Of a stretch of DNA of 64,000 nucleotides, positions 63,660 through 64,000 are shown one piece after another (position 1 is the first letter of the stretch; the number at the start of each line of letters is the position of its first letter). The DNA comes from Camelus dromedarius (lineage: Eukaryota): assembly GCF_036321535.1 (NCBI RefSeq), contig NC_087437.1:7254001-7318000 (forward strand). The letters run 5' to 3'. The notes beneath the pieces are model-generated. The model was given only the letters and a program-made list of their open reading frames with translations. It had not been told where the DNA came from and did no database searches. Position numbers and translations under genes: made by a program.

Positions 63660-64000
63660 TCCCACCCCTAATCCTCCTACACTCTCTCAACCATCGACCT
63701 CCATATTAGTGGACTGATCCACAGGTGAGCATCGGACATAGCATTAATTACGATGCCCTCAAGACATCTTTCCTAACTGGCCATAATGGACTGATTTAGG
63801 AAGACGCTTGGACTCACGTTTTTCCAAGGAGTCCCTTCCTGGGAATTTTGAATCGGAACAGAAGGAGAGTGTATGTCTCTGAGTTGCTAGAGTATAATCT
63901 GTAAATCTCGGAACTATTGGCAGCCATGACTTCCAAACGGACGAGAGAAATGTTTAAAATATTTGCAGAAGGAAGGAAAGAATGAAAGAGATGTCCAACT
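63660..64000. mobile_element. Probable old ERVL-type LTR remnant running off the window end
   Basis: agtcccttcctgggaattttgaa...ggaactattggcagccatg resembles LTR16/LTR33-type sequence. Confidence 0.4.

Noticed and set aside
1..64000. Host gene identity, or any prokaryotic-style system (operon, defence island, CRISPR)
   Set aside because: No recognisable coding exon chain; the sequence is mammalian repeat-rich non-coding DNA.

Overview
Mammalian non-coding genomic DNA, very probably camelid. The evidence is eight tRNA-Ala-derived SINEs of the camelid Vic-1 type and cetartiodactyl-type LINE-1 3' ends. I can support no protein-coding gene, RNA gene or CRISPR array. The ORF track is short chance ORFs or translated repeat remnants. 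The window is a repeat-rich intergenic or intronic stretch: young SINEs and L1 fragments, three related ERV1-type solo LTRs, and old L2, MIR, MaLR/ERVL LTRs and DNA-transposon fossils. A few repeat-free blocks carry transcription-factor motifs. The most unusual structure is a TSD-flanked composite L1 insertion at 6846-7593. It contains a second L1 3'UTR piece and a ~70-bp copy of sequence lying ~57 kb away at 63931-63998. Repeat subfamily names are from memory of consensus sequences, and boundaries of old repeats are approximate.
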